From the IMG/VR virus record IMGVR_UViG_3300009103_000001, positions 1 to 64,000 of that record: 64,000 bases of DNA; one strand, 5' to 3'. Positions 19,554 through 30,568 of this stretch are shown here, in pieces. Position 1 is the first letter of the stretch. Every line of letters starts with the position of its first letter. The notes beneath the pieces were generated by a model. That model searched no databases. It saw only the letters and a list, made by a program, of their open reading frames with translations, and was not told the DNA's origin. The position numbers were made by a program, and so were the translations under genes.

Positions 19554-21026
19554 ATGGGTAATGTTAAAAAAATAATCAAAAAACTTTTAGTAGAAGTGGC
19601 AGGAATATCTTTCGAGGTTAGAAAATGGTCTAACATAATAGGTAATTATGTAGATAATGTATATGCAGAAGAAAAAAAGAAATTAGAAAAAGAAAGTAAT
19701 GATAAACCACAACAATCAAAAAGTTGGGGTAGTACAACACCTTCGTATAATGATTTTGATTATGACGCATCATTAGGCTTCACACATTTTCAACATGATA
19801 AAGATGCTGATGTTCACGAATATGATAGAATAGTAGATGAAGCTTATCTTTATGCTGATGAATTACAGGTTACACCAGACGCTAGACATGAATGTCCTAA
19901 CATAGATAAGGCTATATCTGGTATTTTATTAAAAATAACTTTAGATGGGGTGGGTGGTATAGATGTAGAATCAGCTCAAGGGTCTAAATTAGATGATTCT
20001 TTTATTGATTGTGTTATTGAATTAGTAGAAGACCATATGGTTTCTGGACAAGATTTTTATGACATGAGTTATAATACTTTACACGCAATGAGGGAAGATG
20101 AGGAAGATTTTGGTTGGACATTCCCTAAATATGATAGTAAAAATAAAAAATGGTGGGAAATAGATAGAAGTAGTTATGGTGGTTATGGTGGTTACAGTGG
20201 TTACAAACGTTTAATTCCAGATATTAAAAAAATAGAGATAAATGGTAAAGATTATCCTGAAGCTTATAAAGATTTTAGTGTTGATAAGTGGGTTATAGAA
20301 GATTCTTATAGAACTGAATATGACCATTGGAAGTCTGGTTATAATGATGAGGGTGAATATATTGTATATTTAAATATGAGTATTGGGCCTAATTTTGGTG
20401 GCTCAGCCTTAACACACGAAATTAAACATGCTTATGATGATTGGAATAGGATGAGACATGGTGGTAAACCTATCAGAGATTCTTGGGAAATCCAAAACAT
20501 ATATACAAAGGATTTTGAAAAATTAGTTTTAGGTGCTGGTCGTGATTTAAATCAAGCATTAACTTCAATTATAAGATATTATTATTTGGGTTCAAATTTA
20601 GAAACGCCAGCGTATCTTGAGAATGAATATGATAATGTATCATTTATGGGAAATTATCGTGAAACAGCTAAAAAATTAATGAATTTTAAAGCTAAAAACT
20701 ATATGAAAGAAAATGGTGAACCAGCTAAAGGTTTACAAGAATCTTGGGAAAAGTTAATAAAAGAATTTGATATACCACTTTTTAGAAAATTTAAAAATGT
20801 TATTAATTTTTTAGAATATACAGAAAAATATTTTAATAAAAGAGGTAGAAATATATTAAAACGTATCGATAAGATGAGGTATGTTCACGATAAACCAGAA
20901 CCTAAACCAGTAGTTGGTAAATGGAAAAGTAAGAGTTGGGATGATTATAAAAAAGAAATAGAGAATAATCGAAAAGATAATAATCGAAAAGATAATAATC
21001 AAAACCAATTAAAATTACCATTTTAA
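19554..21026 (+). CDS. Leader-family protein with HExxH zincin-like motif
   Basis: MGNVKKIIKKLLVE; ALTHEIKHAYD; later ETPAY. Confidence 0.65.
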   Translation: MGNVKKIIKKLLVEVAGISFEVRKWSNIIGNYVDNVYAEEKKKLEKESNDKPQQSKSWGSTTPSYNDFDYDASLGFTHFQHDKDADVHEYDRIVDEAYLYADELQVTPDARHECPNIDKAISGILLKITLDGVGGIDVESAQGSKLDDSFIDCVIELVEDHMVSGQDFYDMSYNTLHAMREDEEDFGWTFPKYDSKNKKWWEIDRSSYGGYGGYSGYKRLIPDIKKIEINGKDYPEAYKDFSVDKWVIEDSYRTEYDHWKSGYNDEGEYIVYLNMSIGPNFGGSALTHEIKHAYDDWNRMRHGGKPIRDSWEIQNIYTKDFEKLVLGAGRDLNQALTSIIRYYYLGSNLETPAYLENEYDNVSFMGNYRETAKKLMNFKAKNYMKENGEPAKGLQESWEKLIKEFDIPLFRKFKNVINFLEYTEKYFNKRGRNILKRIDKMRYVHDKPEPKPVVGKWKSKSWDDYKKEIENNRKDNNRKDNNQNQLKLPF

Positions 21027-21064
21027 TACTTTCCTAATACAGTTATTTTTTCTATACTTAACAT

Positions 21065-21502
21065 ATGGATAAAATAATAAGAAATTTAAGAGATTGTCTT
21101 TTAGCTAAAAAAAACGGTAAAAAAGTACCTAATTTATTTAGAAGTAAAATTACTAAAGAAACTTATGGTAATTATTGTTATTTTGCTTTTAATGACGATG
21201 GTGTAGATTCCAAAATCACATCAATATCAATAATAGTAGAGAAAGAAAAAGTTTCATTAATAAAAAATATTTTTAATAAACAAAAAACATATATTTATAA
21301 AATGAGATTAGTTGTAGATTGTTCAAATACTGACAAAAAATTTAATTTTAATTCAAAAGAAAAACCGATAATAAAAGAAATTTATCATTTAATGGATGAT
21401 TGTATCGACACATACCATGAAAAAACAATTAAGTATTTAAATGAAATAACTAAAGCAGATATTAGTTTAGTTAATAATAATAATATAACACATAATTTTT
21501 AA
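21065..21502 (+). CDS. Hypothetical protein
   Basis: ORF track. Confidence 0.6.
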   Translation: MDKIIRNLRDCLLAKKNGKKVPNLFRSKITKETYGNYCYFAFNDDGVDSKITSISIIVEKEKVSLIKNIFNKQKTYIYKMRLVVDCSNTDKKFNFNSKEKPIIKEIYHLMDDCIDTYHEKTIKYLNEITKADISLVNNNNITHNF

Positions 21503-21509
21503 AAATAAT

Positions 21510-23366
21510 ATGGGAAAAATTATAGGAATAGATTTAGGTACCACAAACTCTTGTGTTGCCGTAATAGAAGGAAGTGAAACAAAAATAATAGTTAACGGAG
21601 AGGGTAAAAGAACAACACCTTCAATAGTTTCCTATTTAGATGATGAGATTAAAGTTGGTGACCCAGCTAAAAGACAAATGGTTGTTAAACCAGATAAAAC
21701 AGTATATTCAATAAAAAGATTTATTGGGTTAAAATACGATGAAGTTAAAGATTACTTAAATAAAGTATCTTATAAGATAGTTAAAAGTGGTAAAAATTTA
21801 AAAGTAGACGTTGGTGGTAAAAAACTATCACCACAACAAATATCAGCGACCGTACTACAAAATTTGAAGAAAACAGCTGAAGACTATTTAGGGTCTGAGG
21901 TTACTGAAGCGGTTGTTACTGTACCAGCTTACTTCAATGACGCTCAAAGACAAGCAACAAAAGAAGCTGGTGAAATAGCTGGATTAAAAATAAGTAGAAT
22001 AATAAACGAACCAACAGCCGCAGCTTTAGCTTATGGTATGGATAAGAAAAAAGATGATATGACTATTGCTGTATATGATTTAGGTGGTGGTACGTTTGAT
22101 GTATCTATTCTTGAGTTAGGTGATGGGGTATTTGAAGTTAAATCTACTAATGGTGACACAAATCTTGGTGGTGATAATTTTGATGAAGCTATAATAGATT
22201 GGTTAGTGGAGGAATGTAAAAAGGATTTTGGTTTTGATATTAGTAAAGATACACAAGCATTACAAAGAATAAGAGAAGCTTCTGAAAAGGCTAAATGTGA
22301 GTTGTCATCATCATCAACTACTGAAATAAATTTACCATATATAACTGTTACAGATGCTGGGCCACAACATTTAGTTAGAAATTTTAGTAGAACAGATTTT
22401 GATAAGTTAACATCTGATTTAGTAAGTAGAACTTTAGAACCTTGTAAAAAGGCATTAAAAGATGCCAATCTAAATACTAAAGATATTGATGAAATTATTT
22501 TGGTTGGAGGGTCTACTAGAATTCCTGCAGTACAAGAAGCTGTTGAAAAACTATTTGGTAAAAAACCATCTAAGAATGTTAATCCAGATGAGGTTGTTGC
22601 CATGGGTGCAGCAATACAAGGTGGTGTGTTATCTGGTGATGTTAATGATGTGTTATTATTAGATGTTACACCATTATCTTTAGGTATTGAAACTGTTGGT
22701 GGTGTTATGACTAGGTTAATAGAGGCCAATACAACAATACCAACTACTAAAAGTCAAGTTTTCTCTACGGCAGCAGATAATCAACCAGCGGTAGATATAC
22801 ATGTGTTACAAGGAGAAAGACCAATGGTAGCAGATAATAGAACATTAGGCAGATTTCAATTAACGGATATACCACCAGCAATGAGAGGTATACCCCAAAT
22901 AGAGGTTACCTTTGATATTGATTCTAATGGTATTATTAATGTATCAGCTAAAGACAAAGGGACCAACAAAGAACAAAACATAAAAATTGAATCTGGAAGT
23001 AGTTTAAGTGAAGAAGAAATTGAAAGAATGAAACAAGAGGCTGAAATGAATATGAAAGCTGATGAAGAAAAGAGAAATAAGATTGATAAAATAAATCAAG
23101 CAGACACTTTAATTTTCCAAACGGAAAAACATTTAAAGGAACTTGAAGAGAAACTATCTGATGAAGATAAAGAAATAATTGTAGAATCTTTAAATGAACT
23201 TAAAGAGTCTAAAACTAAAGAAGATTTAAAAGAAATTGAAACTAATATAGAAAAATTAAATTCAAAATGGCAAGAAGTATCGTCTAAAGTTTATCAGACA
23301 GATGAAACATCAAGTGACACCCAAGACAATGAAGCAACAGATGTTGAATTTGAGGAAGTTAAATAA
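21510..23366 (+). CDS. dnaK: Molecular chaperone DnaK
   Basis: [52 protein letters not shown]. Confidence 0.99.
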   Translation: MGKIIGIDLGTTNSCVAVIEGSETKIIVNGEGKRTTPSIVSYLDDEIKVGDPAKRQMVVKPDKTVYSIKRFIGLKYDEVKDYLNKVSYKIVKSGKNLKVDVGGKKLSPQQISATVLQNLKKTAEDYLGSEVTEAVVTVPAYFNDAQRQATKEAGEIAGLKISRIINEPTAAALAYGMDKKKDDMTIAVYDLGGGTFDVSILELGDGVFEVKSTNGDTNLGGDNFDEAIIDWLVEECKKDFGFDISKDTQALQRIREASEKAKCELSSSSTTEINLPYITVTDAGPQHLVRNFSRTDFDKLTSDLVSRTLEPCKKALKDANLNTKDIDEIILVGGSTRIPAVQEAVEKLFGKKPSKNVNPDEVVAMGAAIQGGVLSGDVNDVLLLDVTPLSLGIETVGGVMTRLIEANTTIPTTKSQVFSTAADNQPAVDIHVLQGERPMVADNRTLGRFQLTDIPPAMRGIPQIEVTFDIDSNGIINVSAKDKGTNKEQNIKIESGSSLSEEEIERMKQEAEMNMKADEEKRNKIDKINQADTLIFQTEKHLKELEEKLSDEDKEIIVESLNELKESKTKEDLKEIETNIEKLNSKWQEVSSKVYQTDETSSDTQDNEATDVEFEEVK

Positions 23367-23671
23367 TGACTAAAAAACGTAAAACATATTTAAGTATTTT
23401 AATTACATTAACCGCTATAAGTGCATTAACAATATATTTGACAGTACCCAAATATTTTTTTTATAACCCAACTTATAAAGATAGGTGTATTCAAAAAAAA
23501 GAATGGATATATAAAATAGATTCTTGTGATGACGATTCTGAATTAAAAAGACAAATATGGTTAGATAGTTTATTGCTAGAAGATGCTAAAATATACGATA
23601 TACATACATTAGAAGAATATTTTGAAAAACACGATTCATTAGTTAAACAAAGTGATGGAAGAGATAAGTAA
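23366..23671 (+). CDS. Hypothetical membrane-anchored protein
   Basis: N-terminal TM. Confidence 0.6.
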   Translation: MTKKRKTYLSILITLTAISALTIYLTVPKYFFYNPTYKDRCIQKKEWIYKIDSCDDDSELKRQIWLDSLLLEDAKIYDIHTLEEYFEKHDSLVKQSDGRDK

Positions 23672-23843
23672 AATAGATATGATTATATATCTGAGAAAAA
23701 GAGGTTGGAGACCTTTATGGTCAGAAGATAATTGGATAGATGGTAATAGGGTTTATAGTAATCCAGATTGGGCAGGAACTAGTTTAGACAAGGCCTATCA
23801 GTATGTTAAAGAAAACGAACATTTATATATAGAAGAAGATTAG
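23652..23843 (+). CDS. Hypothetical protein
   Basis: ORF track. Confidence 0.55.
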   Translation: MMEEISKIDMIIYLRKRGWRPLWSEDNWIDGNRVYSNPDWAGTSLDKAYQYVKENEHLYIEED

Positions 23844-23845
23844 TA

Positions 23846-24037
23846 ATGACTACACAAGAAAGAGATTGGGTATTAGGATTACCCAAAGAAACCAAACTTA
23901 GGTTTTTAGAAGATGCTTTAAAAGAAGATAATTTTAAAATATTTTTACAGATAAGTAAAATATTATTAGACGCACCATTATGTGATGGTGGGATATCTAC
24001 AGAAGAAATAGAAGAAGTAAGAAAAAAATATATTTAA
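23846..24037 (+). CDS. Hypothetical protein
   Basis: ORF track. Confidence 0.55.
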   Translation: MTTQERDWVLGLPKETKLRFLEDALKEDNFKIFLQISKILLDAPLCDGGISTEEIEEVRKKYI

Positions 24038-24046
24038 AACAATAAA

Positions 24047-24244
24047 ATGAACAAAAGTTATATTATAAAGAAAACCATGAGAAAATCTGATGGTAAAAAA
24101 ATACATATATTTATGACAAACGGTCAAAGTGAGATTTTAGAAATGGAAGATAAAAATATTGCTAAAAAGTTTGTTAAAGTATTAAATGAAAATTCAGATA
24201 GTGGTTGGAAGTATACCTTACATTCCATTTCAACACCTAAATAA
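24047..24244 (+). CDS. Hypothetical protein
   Basis: ORF track. Confidence 0.55.
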   Translation: MNKSYIIKKTMRKSDGKKIHIFMTNGQSEILEMEDKNIAKKFVKVLNENSDSGWKYTLHSISTPK

Positions 24245-24255
24245 TTAAATAATTT

Positions 24256-24286
24256 ATTGCCTTTAAATTTATTTTAACTATATTTG
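24256..24286 (+). promoter_or_regulatory. Bacteroidota-type promoter
   Basis: ATTG-19 nt-TATATTTG, 8 nt before ATG 24295. Confidence 0.65.
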
Positions 24287-24294
24287 TAGTTAAT

Positions 24295-24768
24295 ATGGAA
24301 ATTTTATATTTACACGGCTATAAGGGTGAACCTAACGAAAAAAGAATTAAATATTTAAAAGGGTTAGGCCATAATGTTATTGCCCCACATATAGATTACG
24401 ACAACGAACCAAACATATTCATAGAATTACTTAAATTAGATTATGACTACATTATAGGTAATTCTTTAGGTGGTTATTTAGCTTTCTATATTTCTAAATA
24501 TAAGGGAGTAAAATCTATCTGTATTAACCCACCGTTACATATGGATTTAAAAGTTAATATTACAATACCAAATATCGATGAGTTACCAATACAAAAACCT
24601 TGTAGTGTTATACTTGGTATGGATGATGATGTGGTTAACCCAAAAAAAGTTATTGATTGGTTAATAGAAAATAAACCTTATTGTGACTTACATGTGTATG
24701 ATGGTGTTGGACATAGATATCATATAAATGATTTTATAAATATGGTTGGTCACCTAATAAAAAAATAG
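24295..24768 (+). CDS. YqiA/YcfP-like alpha/beta hydrolase
   Basis: YLHG, GNSLGG, INP, D..V, G.GH. Confidence 0.85.
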   Translation: MEILYLHGYKGEPNEKRIKYLKGLGHNVIAPHIDYDNEPNIFIELLKLDYDYIIGNSLGGYLAFYISKYKGVKSICINPPLHMDLKVNITIPNIDELPIQKPCSVILGMDDDVVNPKKVIDWLIENKPYCDLHVYDGVGHRYHINDFINMVGHLIKK

Positions 24769-24799
24769 AATTTAAACAGTAAAACTAATATTTATTAAT

Positions 24800-25522
24800 A
24801 TGGGTTTAGATAAAAACATAAAAATGATTACTAGAAATATTTTGTTAGAAGAGTTTGACGATGTATCTAAAAGTGTACGTAAAGAACTTTTATCTAGAAT
24901 GGAGAAAGATAAGGAAGAAGAATATTATGTTTTTGACGATGATGAGGTAAAAACAGACCCAACTAAAGGTGTTGTAGCACCATCTAGAAAAGTTATAGAC
25001 AATGTATGTAGAAGAGCTAAAATATGTGATGAACAAGGTCCGATAACATTTGGACAACTAGAACTTTTAATTAAAGCAGCACAAAAAAGAAAGTTTGGTA
25101 TAAACATGGGTGAAGGTGTGTATAAATCATTTATAAGATTATTACCATGGTTTATACCACAAATTGCTATAGCAGCATTTTTAGGTAGTGGATTAAGAGC
25201 AACAAATAAAGTGGTTAAACCAGCTTTAGAGACAACAAAAGGTTATAAGAGATGGTGGGGTAAAGTTGTTACAAATGTAATGGATTTAGTTGAAGGTGAG
25301 TTACCAATTAATGACCCATTTAATAAAATATTTTTTATAAGTGATGGTATGTTAGAATTGTTGAATGAAAAATCTAAAATTAAATTTGCTAGATATATTG
25401 CTGAAGTTGCAGCATCTAAACCAAAAAATGAAGTTGTACCAGACTATTTTGTTGAAAATGAACTTAGAAGTTGGTTAAATAAAAAATATTTACTAAATCC
25501 ACCATTAAAACCACAAAAATGA
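24800..25522 (+). CDS. Leader-family variant protein
   Basis: ...ITRNILLEE; follows AATATTTATT. Confidence 0.65.
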   Translation: MGLDKNIKMITRNILLEEFDDVSKSVRKELLSRMEKDKEEEYYVFDDDEVKTDPTKGVVAPSRKVIDNVCRRAKICDEQGPITFGQLELLIKAAQKRKFGINMGEGVYKSFIRLLPWFIPQIAIAAFLGSGLRATNKVVKPALETTKGYKRWWGKVVTNVMDLVEGELPINDPFNKIFFISDGMLELLNEKSKIKFARYIAEVAASKPKNEVVPDYFVENELRSWLNKKYLLNPPLKPQK

Positions 25523-25779
25523 TTCGTAAAATAATAAAAGAAGAACTATTAAAAGAGTTAGATATGAGTATTGAAAGAGGTTTATTATCATATTTAATGA
25601 TAAATTATGAAACTATGGATAATAGTTTTACAAAGAGACATGGTGATGGTGAAGAATGGTTCACAAAAGAAGAAATGATAAAACACATACAAACAAAGTT
25701 TAAAGTTAATAAAGATATGGCAACAAACATTATAGAAGCTTATTTAGAATCTGAAAATAATAAGAATTTTGGTGTTTAA
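25519..25779 (+). CDS. Leader-family protein
   Basis: MIRKIIKEELLKE. Confidence 0.7.
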   Translation: MIRKIIKEELLKELDMSIERGLLSYLMINYETMDNSFTKRHGDGEEWFTKEEMIKHIQTKFKVNKDMATNIIEAYLESENNKNFGV

Positions 25780-25785
25780 TATTTT

Positions 25786-26196
25786 ATGTTTTTTTATTAT
25801 AATTCCATTATGGAAAATAAAAACCCAGCAGCAGGTGTACTGTTAATTTGTGACAAAAAATTTTTATTAGCTAAAAGAAGTCATAAATGTAATTACCCAC
25901 ATAAATGGGCTATTATAGGTGGAGCAATGGATGTTGGTGAAACATCTTTAACAACAATTAAAAGAGAGTTAAAAGAAGAAACCCAAATAAATTCAGGAGA
26001 TATCAAATTTGTTTTTTTTGAGAGACAATTAGAACTAGATAGACCTTTTGATTTCTATTTGGGTTTTTGTGATAAAGAATACTCTTGTATCTTAGACCAT
26101 GAAAATGATGATTGGGGTTGGTTTACAATAGATAATTTACCCACACCCCTATTTCCAACATTGAATAAAACATTAAATAAAATATTTAAAAAATGA
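25786..26196 (+). CDS. Nudix hydrolase
   Basis: GGAMDVGETSLTTIKRELKEET; start may be ATG 25810. Confidence 0.85.
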   Translation: MFFYYNSIMENKNPAAGVLLICDKKFLLAKRSHKCNYPHKWAIIGGAMDVGETSLTTIKRELKEETQINSGDIKFVFFERQLELDRPFDFYLGFCDKEYSCILDHENDDWGWFTIDNLPTPLFPTLNKTLNKIFKK

Positions 26197-26387
26197 AAAA
26201 ATATTATTGTATTTATGAGATAATAAGTAAAACTAAATTTGGTACTGTTGAATCAGAAGAAAAGGAAGTTTTAAAAAATAAAACATTTTCAGAACACTCA
26301 GCAGTTCAATGGGTTAGTGAACATCTTAGTAAGGAAAAATATAAGGAAAATGTTTATAGAATAAAACCTATATACGCAAATGAATAA
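26193..26387 (+). CDS. Hypothetical protein
   Basis: ORF track. Confidence 0.55.
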   Translation: MKKYYCIYEIISKTKFGTVESEEKEVLKNKTFSEHSAVQWVSEHLSKEKYKENVYRIKPIYANE

Positions 26388-26751
26388 AGTTTTTTTAATA
26401 GATATTGATGGTACCATTTGTGATGATATCAAGAATGAGGATAGTCATTTATTTTCTACAGCTAAACCATTTAAAAATGCTTTAAGTATAATTAATAAAT
26501 GGTATGATGAAGGTAATGTTATAACATATTTTACGGCTAGAGAAAATAAAGATAGAGAAGTAACAGAAAAATGGTTAGAAGATAATGGTTTTAAATATCA
26601 TGCATTAATAATGGATAAACCAAGGATTAAAGACAATCAAATATATCATTGGATTGACAATAAACCAACTAGAGCTACAACATTTAAGGGTGCTTGGACA
26701 GAACTTAAAAGAGTTAACACTGAGATAGATGTTTTCGATGATGAAGAATAA
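26380..26751 (+). CDS. Small HAD-superfamily phosphatase
   Basis: IDIDGTIC, YFTAR, MDKPR, WIDN. Confidence 0.8.
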   Translation: MNKVFLIDIDGTICDDIKNEDSHLFSTAKPFKNALSIINKWYDEGNVITYFTARENKDREVTEKWLEDNGFKYHALIMDKPRIKDNQIYHWIDNKPTRATTFKGAWTELKRVNTEIDVFDDEE

Positions 26752-26980
26752 AAATACACCGACATTAGATTTACACGGAACAAAACATAGAGATGTTTTT
26801 AGAAAAGTAGATGTGTTTATTGGTGAACATTTATTAAAAGGTACGACAAACCAAATATTTATTATAACTGGACATAGTAAAGACATGAAAAATCTTGTAA
26901 ATAAAGTCTTAGGTGATTATGAGTTATATTCACAAGAAAGTATAATAAATAATGGTTTATTAGTTGTAGACTTAACATGA
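26729..26980 (+). CDS. Smr-domain protein
   Basis: TLDLHG...IITGHS. Confidence 0.8.
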   Translation: MFSMMKNKNTPTLDLHGTKHRDVFRKVDVFIGEHLLKGTTNQIFIITGHSKDMKNLVNKVLGDYELYSQESIINNGLLVVDLT

Positions 26981-27537
26981 AAAATGAACACATAACAGTA
27001 TTATTATTAATATTATTTACATTAGGCCTTATTATATCTTTTTCTATTTATCACCATAAAACTGAAAAATACATTAAAAAATTAGAAGAAGATATAGCAG
27101 AAACCTACCAGCACATTAATTCTTTTTATTATTTTTTAAATGGGTTACCTTTAGGTTCCCCATTGGACTCATTAAAAATAACTTCTAAATTCGGGATAAG
27201 AAAAAACCCAAACAAAAAATGGCGTAAACATAATGGCATTGATTTAAGTGGAAGCTATAAAGATTCTGTATATGTTACTGCTGATGGGGTGGTTATTAAA
27301 TCTGGTTGGTTTTATGGTTATGGTAAATGTGTTATTGTAGAGCATTCAAATGGTTACACAACATTATATGCACATTTGAGAAAAACTTTAGTAAAAAAAG
27401 ATGATATTGTTTGTAAAGGTCAGGTTATTGGTATAGTTGGTAATACAGGGTTTTCTACTGGGTCCCATTTACATTATGAAATAAGACATTTGGGGGAACC
27501 ACAAGACCCATATCATTTTATTATTTTTGAAGAATAA
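26977..27537 (+). CDS. M23 family peptidoglycan endopeptidase with N-terminal TM
   Basis: HNGIDL, YAHL, GNTGFSTGSHLHYEI. Confidence 0.92.
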   Translation: MKNEHITVLLLILFTLGLIISFSIYHHKTEKYIKKLEEDIAETYQHINSFYYFLNGLPLGSPLDSLKITSKFGIRKNPNKKWRKHNGIDLSGSYKDSVYVTADGVVIKSGWFYGYGKCVIVEHSNGYTTLYAHLRKTLVKKDDIVCKGQVIGIVGNTGFSTGSHLHYEIRHLGEPQDPYHFIIFEE

Positions 27538-27614
27538 TATTGTTTATTTAAAACATTATTATTATATTTATAATATATTAAAATAAAATTTTATAAAATA
27601 AAAACAATTCAGTA

Positions 27615-27797
27615 ATGTGTGAAAATTCTTTAATTAGAAAAGAACAAGTGATTTTAAGTAAATTATACGAATGCCAAGATGAATTAGATATTTTATTTAA
27701 CAATAAAGAAAATATAATACCATCACAACTAAACAGTATTAAATCATTAATAAAGGTGTTAGAATATGATTTACAGAATAAAAATACAATAATATGA
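27615..27797 (+). CDS. Hypothetical protein
   Basis: ORF track; TTGTTT-17-TATATT upstream (27541-27569). Confidence 0.5.
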   Translation: MCENSLIRKEQVILSKLYECQDELDILFNNKENIIPSQLNSIKSLIKVLEYDLQNKNTII

Positions 27798-27905
27798 GAT
27801 TTATAAAATTTATGTTAAGTATATTTAATGGTTTTAGTGGGCTATTGATAATATTAATTTTATTCTTTATTTTTATTTATTACATAACTTTTTAAATTAT
27901 TAAAA

Positions 27906-28091
27906 ATGAACGAAAAATTAAATGAAATAATAAATATAGAACAAATAAAAATTATATTGGACGAATTTAGTGATGAAGAATTATTAAGGGAGTTAAAGTT
28001 TTATTTACTAACATTTAATGATGAATTAAAAGAATTGGGTATAGACCCATCCACATTAGCGTGGCAAATATACACTACAAATAATAAATAA
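27906..28091 (+). CDS. Hypothetical protein
   Basis: ORF track. Confidence 0.55.
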   Translation: MNEKLNEIINIEQIKIILDEFSDEELLRELKFYLLTFNDELKELGIDPSTLAWQIYTTNNK

Positions 28092-28092
28092 C

Positions 28093-28308
28093 ATGGAACA
28101 AATATCTAAAACTATTAATAGAAATTTTTATACTAACCTTAGAGATTTAGGTAGAGGTCATTCAGAAATAATGAAATCCATACAACCCAATAGAAAGGAA
28201 CAATTTTATAAAGATATAGAGTCTTTAATTAAACCAAAACATAAGTGGTGGTCACTATTATTATACGCTTTTAAAAATAAAAGGTTAAAAGGTAAATATG
28301 AAATATGA
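28093..28308 (+). CDS. Hypothetical protein
   Basis: ORF track. Confidence 0.55.
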   Translation: MEQISKTINRNFYTNLRDLGRGHSEIMKSIQPNRKEQFYKDIESLIKPKHKWWSLLLYAFKNKRLKGKYEI

Positions 28309-28907
28309 ATGAAGATTACACATATACCACAAGTGATGCTGATTATATATTAGTGAAAAAATATTTAGAAGGTGATTCTACAGCCTTTACACCCCTTTTT
28401 AACAAATACAAACCGATTTTTTTTAGTAATTTAATTAAATGGTATGGTCAGAATAGTTATAATGATTATGAAGAAATACAAGATATGTCTATGGAATTTT
28501 TGGGTAGAATTGCATCAAAATTACATATGTATGACCCTAAAAAAAGTACTGTAGGTACTTGGATTACTAATTCTATGAGAAATTTTATGATTGAATATTA
28601 TAAAAGAAATAATAGTCAAAAAAGAATACCTAGTCAAAAAAAGATATATTTTGATGAAATACCACATTTTGAACCATCAGATAATGACATTTATAAGAAT
28701 TTAGAAATTAAATCTCACAGAAAGTTAATAAAAAAAATGTTAGAGTCTTTGGGTCACGATGATACTAAAATATTTAACGATATATTCATTAAAGGTAAGA
28801 CACAAGCGGAGGTAGCAAGAGAATTAGGAATTGGGGCTAGTACATTAGAATATAGAGTTAGAAGAGTAAAAAAAAGATTAGAAAAATTTAAACCAAAAGA
28901 TTTTTAA
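28305..28907 (+). CDS. ECF-type RNA polymerase sigma factor
   Basis: Region 2 (IQDMSME.L..I..K...YDP.KS...TWI....RN...EY) and region 4 HTH (QAEVARELGI..STL..R..R.KK.L). Confidence 0.85.
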   Translation: MNEDYTYTTSDADYILVKKYLEGDSTAFTPLFNKYKPIFFSNLIKWYGQNSYNDYEEIQDMSMEFLGRIASKLHMYDPKKSTVGTWITNSMRNFMIEYYKRNNSQKRIPSQKKIYFDEIPHFEPSDNDIYKNLEIKSHRKLIKKMLESLGHDDTKIFNDIFIKGKTQAEVARELGIGASTLEYRVRRVKKRLEKFKPKDF

Positions 28908-29302
28908 TGAAAAATTGTAAGGAGACTATATTATTAATATGTTTTATACTATTTGTTGGTATTTTTCAGTATAAAGCAGATAAAAAAAAATATAATATAA
29001 TTTCTACAACAGATATTAATATTGAGGAAGCTATAGATATTATTCATCATAATTTTTCTGGTATTTATACCAAACCAATCATAAGAGAGTCTTTAATATT
29101 GTTATTTAACAAATATTCTATAGAAAAAAGTTTAGAAAATTATTTAGATATTAGTAATAGATTAATAGAATATCGAAAAGTTTCTAAGGGTATGGTAAAA
29201 GAAATGGATATAATAAATGATATATTATTAAAACCAAAAATTGATACAATTCAATTAAAGGAGGCTATTGAGATTTCGTATAATAATTTTATTAATAGTT
29301 AA
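28907..29302 (+). CDS. Hypothetical membrane-anchored protein
   Basis: N-terminal TM. Confidence 0.55.
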   Translation: MKNCKETILLICFILFVGIFQYKADKKKYNIISTTDINIEEAIDIIHHNFSGIYTKPIIRESLILLFNKYSIEKSLENYLDISNRLIEYRKVSKGMVKEMDIINDILLKPKIDTIQLKEAIEISYNNFINS

Positions 29303-29317
29303 TATATTTATAATAAA

Positions 29318-29494
29318 ATGGACAAATCATTAAAAGAGGTAGAATTAGACCAAATATATGAAACCATTAGATGGTCTAAACAACATGATTTAGAGGCTGA
29401 AGTTATCTTATCCTCAATAAACTATATTAAAAATAATCCTAAAGCTTCAATAAAAGAATCTTTGGAGTATGCATTAACTGAATGGGATTTATGA
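29318..29494 (+). CDS. Small hypothetical protein (58 aa, not in track)
   Basis: MDKSLKE...EWDL; follows ATATTTATA. Confidence 0.5.
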   Translation: MDKSLKEVELDQIYETIRWSKQHDLEAEVILSSINYIKNNPKASIKESLEYALTEWDL

Positions 29495-29655
29495 AAGTAT
29501 CACAAAAAGATTTGTTTCAAGCCCTAATATGGGTTATTATGGTGTTTTTTATTTTAGCTAGTTGTACACCAGTTAAAAATAATTGTGGCACTACAAAACA
29601 ACATAAAATTAGAATGAATAACACTAAAAAGATGGCACCATCTATGATGAATTAA
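29491..29655 (+). CDS. Small lipoprotein (54 aa, not in track)
   Basis: Lipobox LASC. Confidence 0.55.
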   Translation: MKVSQKDLFQALIWVIMVFFILASCTPVKNNCGTTKQHKIRMNNTKKMAPSMMN

Positions 29656-29661
29656 ACTATT

Positions 29662-30501
29662 ATGAAAAATTTAAAATATTATTTTGAGGATGAAAGAATA
29701 AAATATTTATTCTTTTTAATTATTTTTACTCTATTTGTTTGTTGTACAGTATATTCACAAGAATACTATGATGATATATATTATACTGTTGATGATTATG
29801 AGACTTTAGATACATTAGATACGGATACTTTAGAAAAATCAATATATATAACTAATAATTACTATACCAATTATTCTTCAAGAATTAATAGATTTTATAG
29901 AAGACCATATTATGCATCTTATTGGTCATATTATAACCCACATTGGTATTCCTATTATTATTACGGTTATAGTAATGTTTCATTTTATTGGTGGTACAAT
30001 AGGAATTGGGGTGTTGGTTGGTATTACCCTTATAATAACTATTCTTATTGGTATTGGCCAAATTATTATTCAAACTATTATTGTTATAGTAATTATTACC
30101 CAAATAATTATTATTACGGTCATAGAAAAAGTATATCCACTAATAATAGAAAAACAACTACTTCAAATAAAAATGTTAAATTAATAAAAGTAGAAAAAGA
30201 AAAAGATTATAGCTATAAAAATGATAATTATATTAAGGTAAATAATACAAACCAAGTTAAGGTAAATAACCAAGTAAGAGTTTCAAAAAGTGATATTAAT
30301 ATTGAAAAATTAAATAAATCAAATAATAATTATAAAAATAGTAGTGTAAGAGTTAATAGTAATTATAATAATAACAAAGTGAAAATTAATAACAATTATA
30401 ATAACAACTATAAAAATAATTATAATAAACCTAGACGTATAAACATGAACCCTAATAGGTCAAATCAAGTTAATCGTTCTAATAATAGATTACCTAAATA
30501 A
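29662..30501 (+). CDS. Exported protein with Tyr/Trp-rich core and Asn-rich tail
   Basis: TM/signal, YYDDIYY, low-complexity Y/W and N tracts. Confidence 0.65.
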   Translation: MKNLKYYFEDERIKYLFFLIIFTLFVCCTVYSQEYYDDIYYTVDDYETLDTLDTDTLEKSIYITNNYYTNYSSRINRFYRRPYYASYWSYYNPHWYSYYYYGYSNVSFYWWYNRNWGVGWYYPYNNYSYWYWPNYYSNYYCYSNYYPNNYYYGHRKSISTNNRKTTTSNKNVKLIKVEKEKDYSYKNDNYIKVNNTNQVKVNNQVRVSKSDINIEKLNKSNNNYKNSSVRVNSNYNNNKVKINNNYNNNYKNNYNKPRRINMNPNRSNQVNRSNNRLPK

Positions 30502-30568
30502 TAATTAAAAAAAAAACATACTTTAGTATTTTACAGCATATTTACTATTTTAGAGGAACAATAATAAT

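Noticed and set aside
20965-21005. 15 bp tandem repeat (NNRKD twice) and an 11 bp tandem near 812-832
   Set aside because: Ordinary slippage duplications in low-complexity sequence.
22031-22729. 232 aa antisense ORF
   Set aside because: It is the in-register shadow of dnaK; long antisense frames opposite hsp70 genes are a known artefact.
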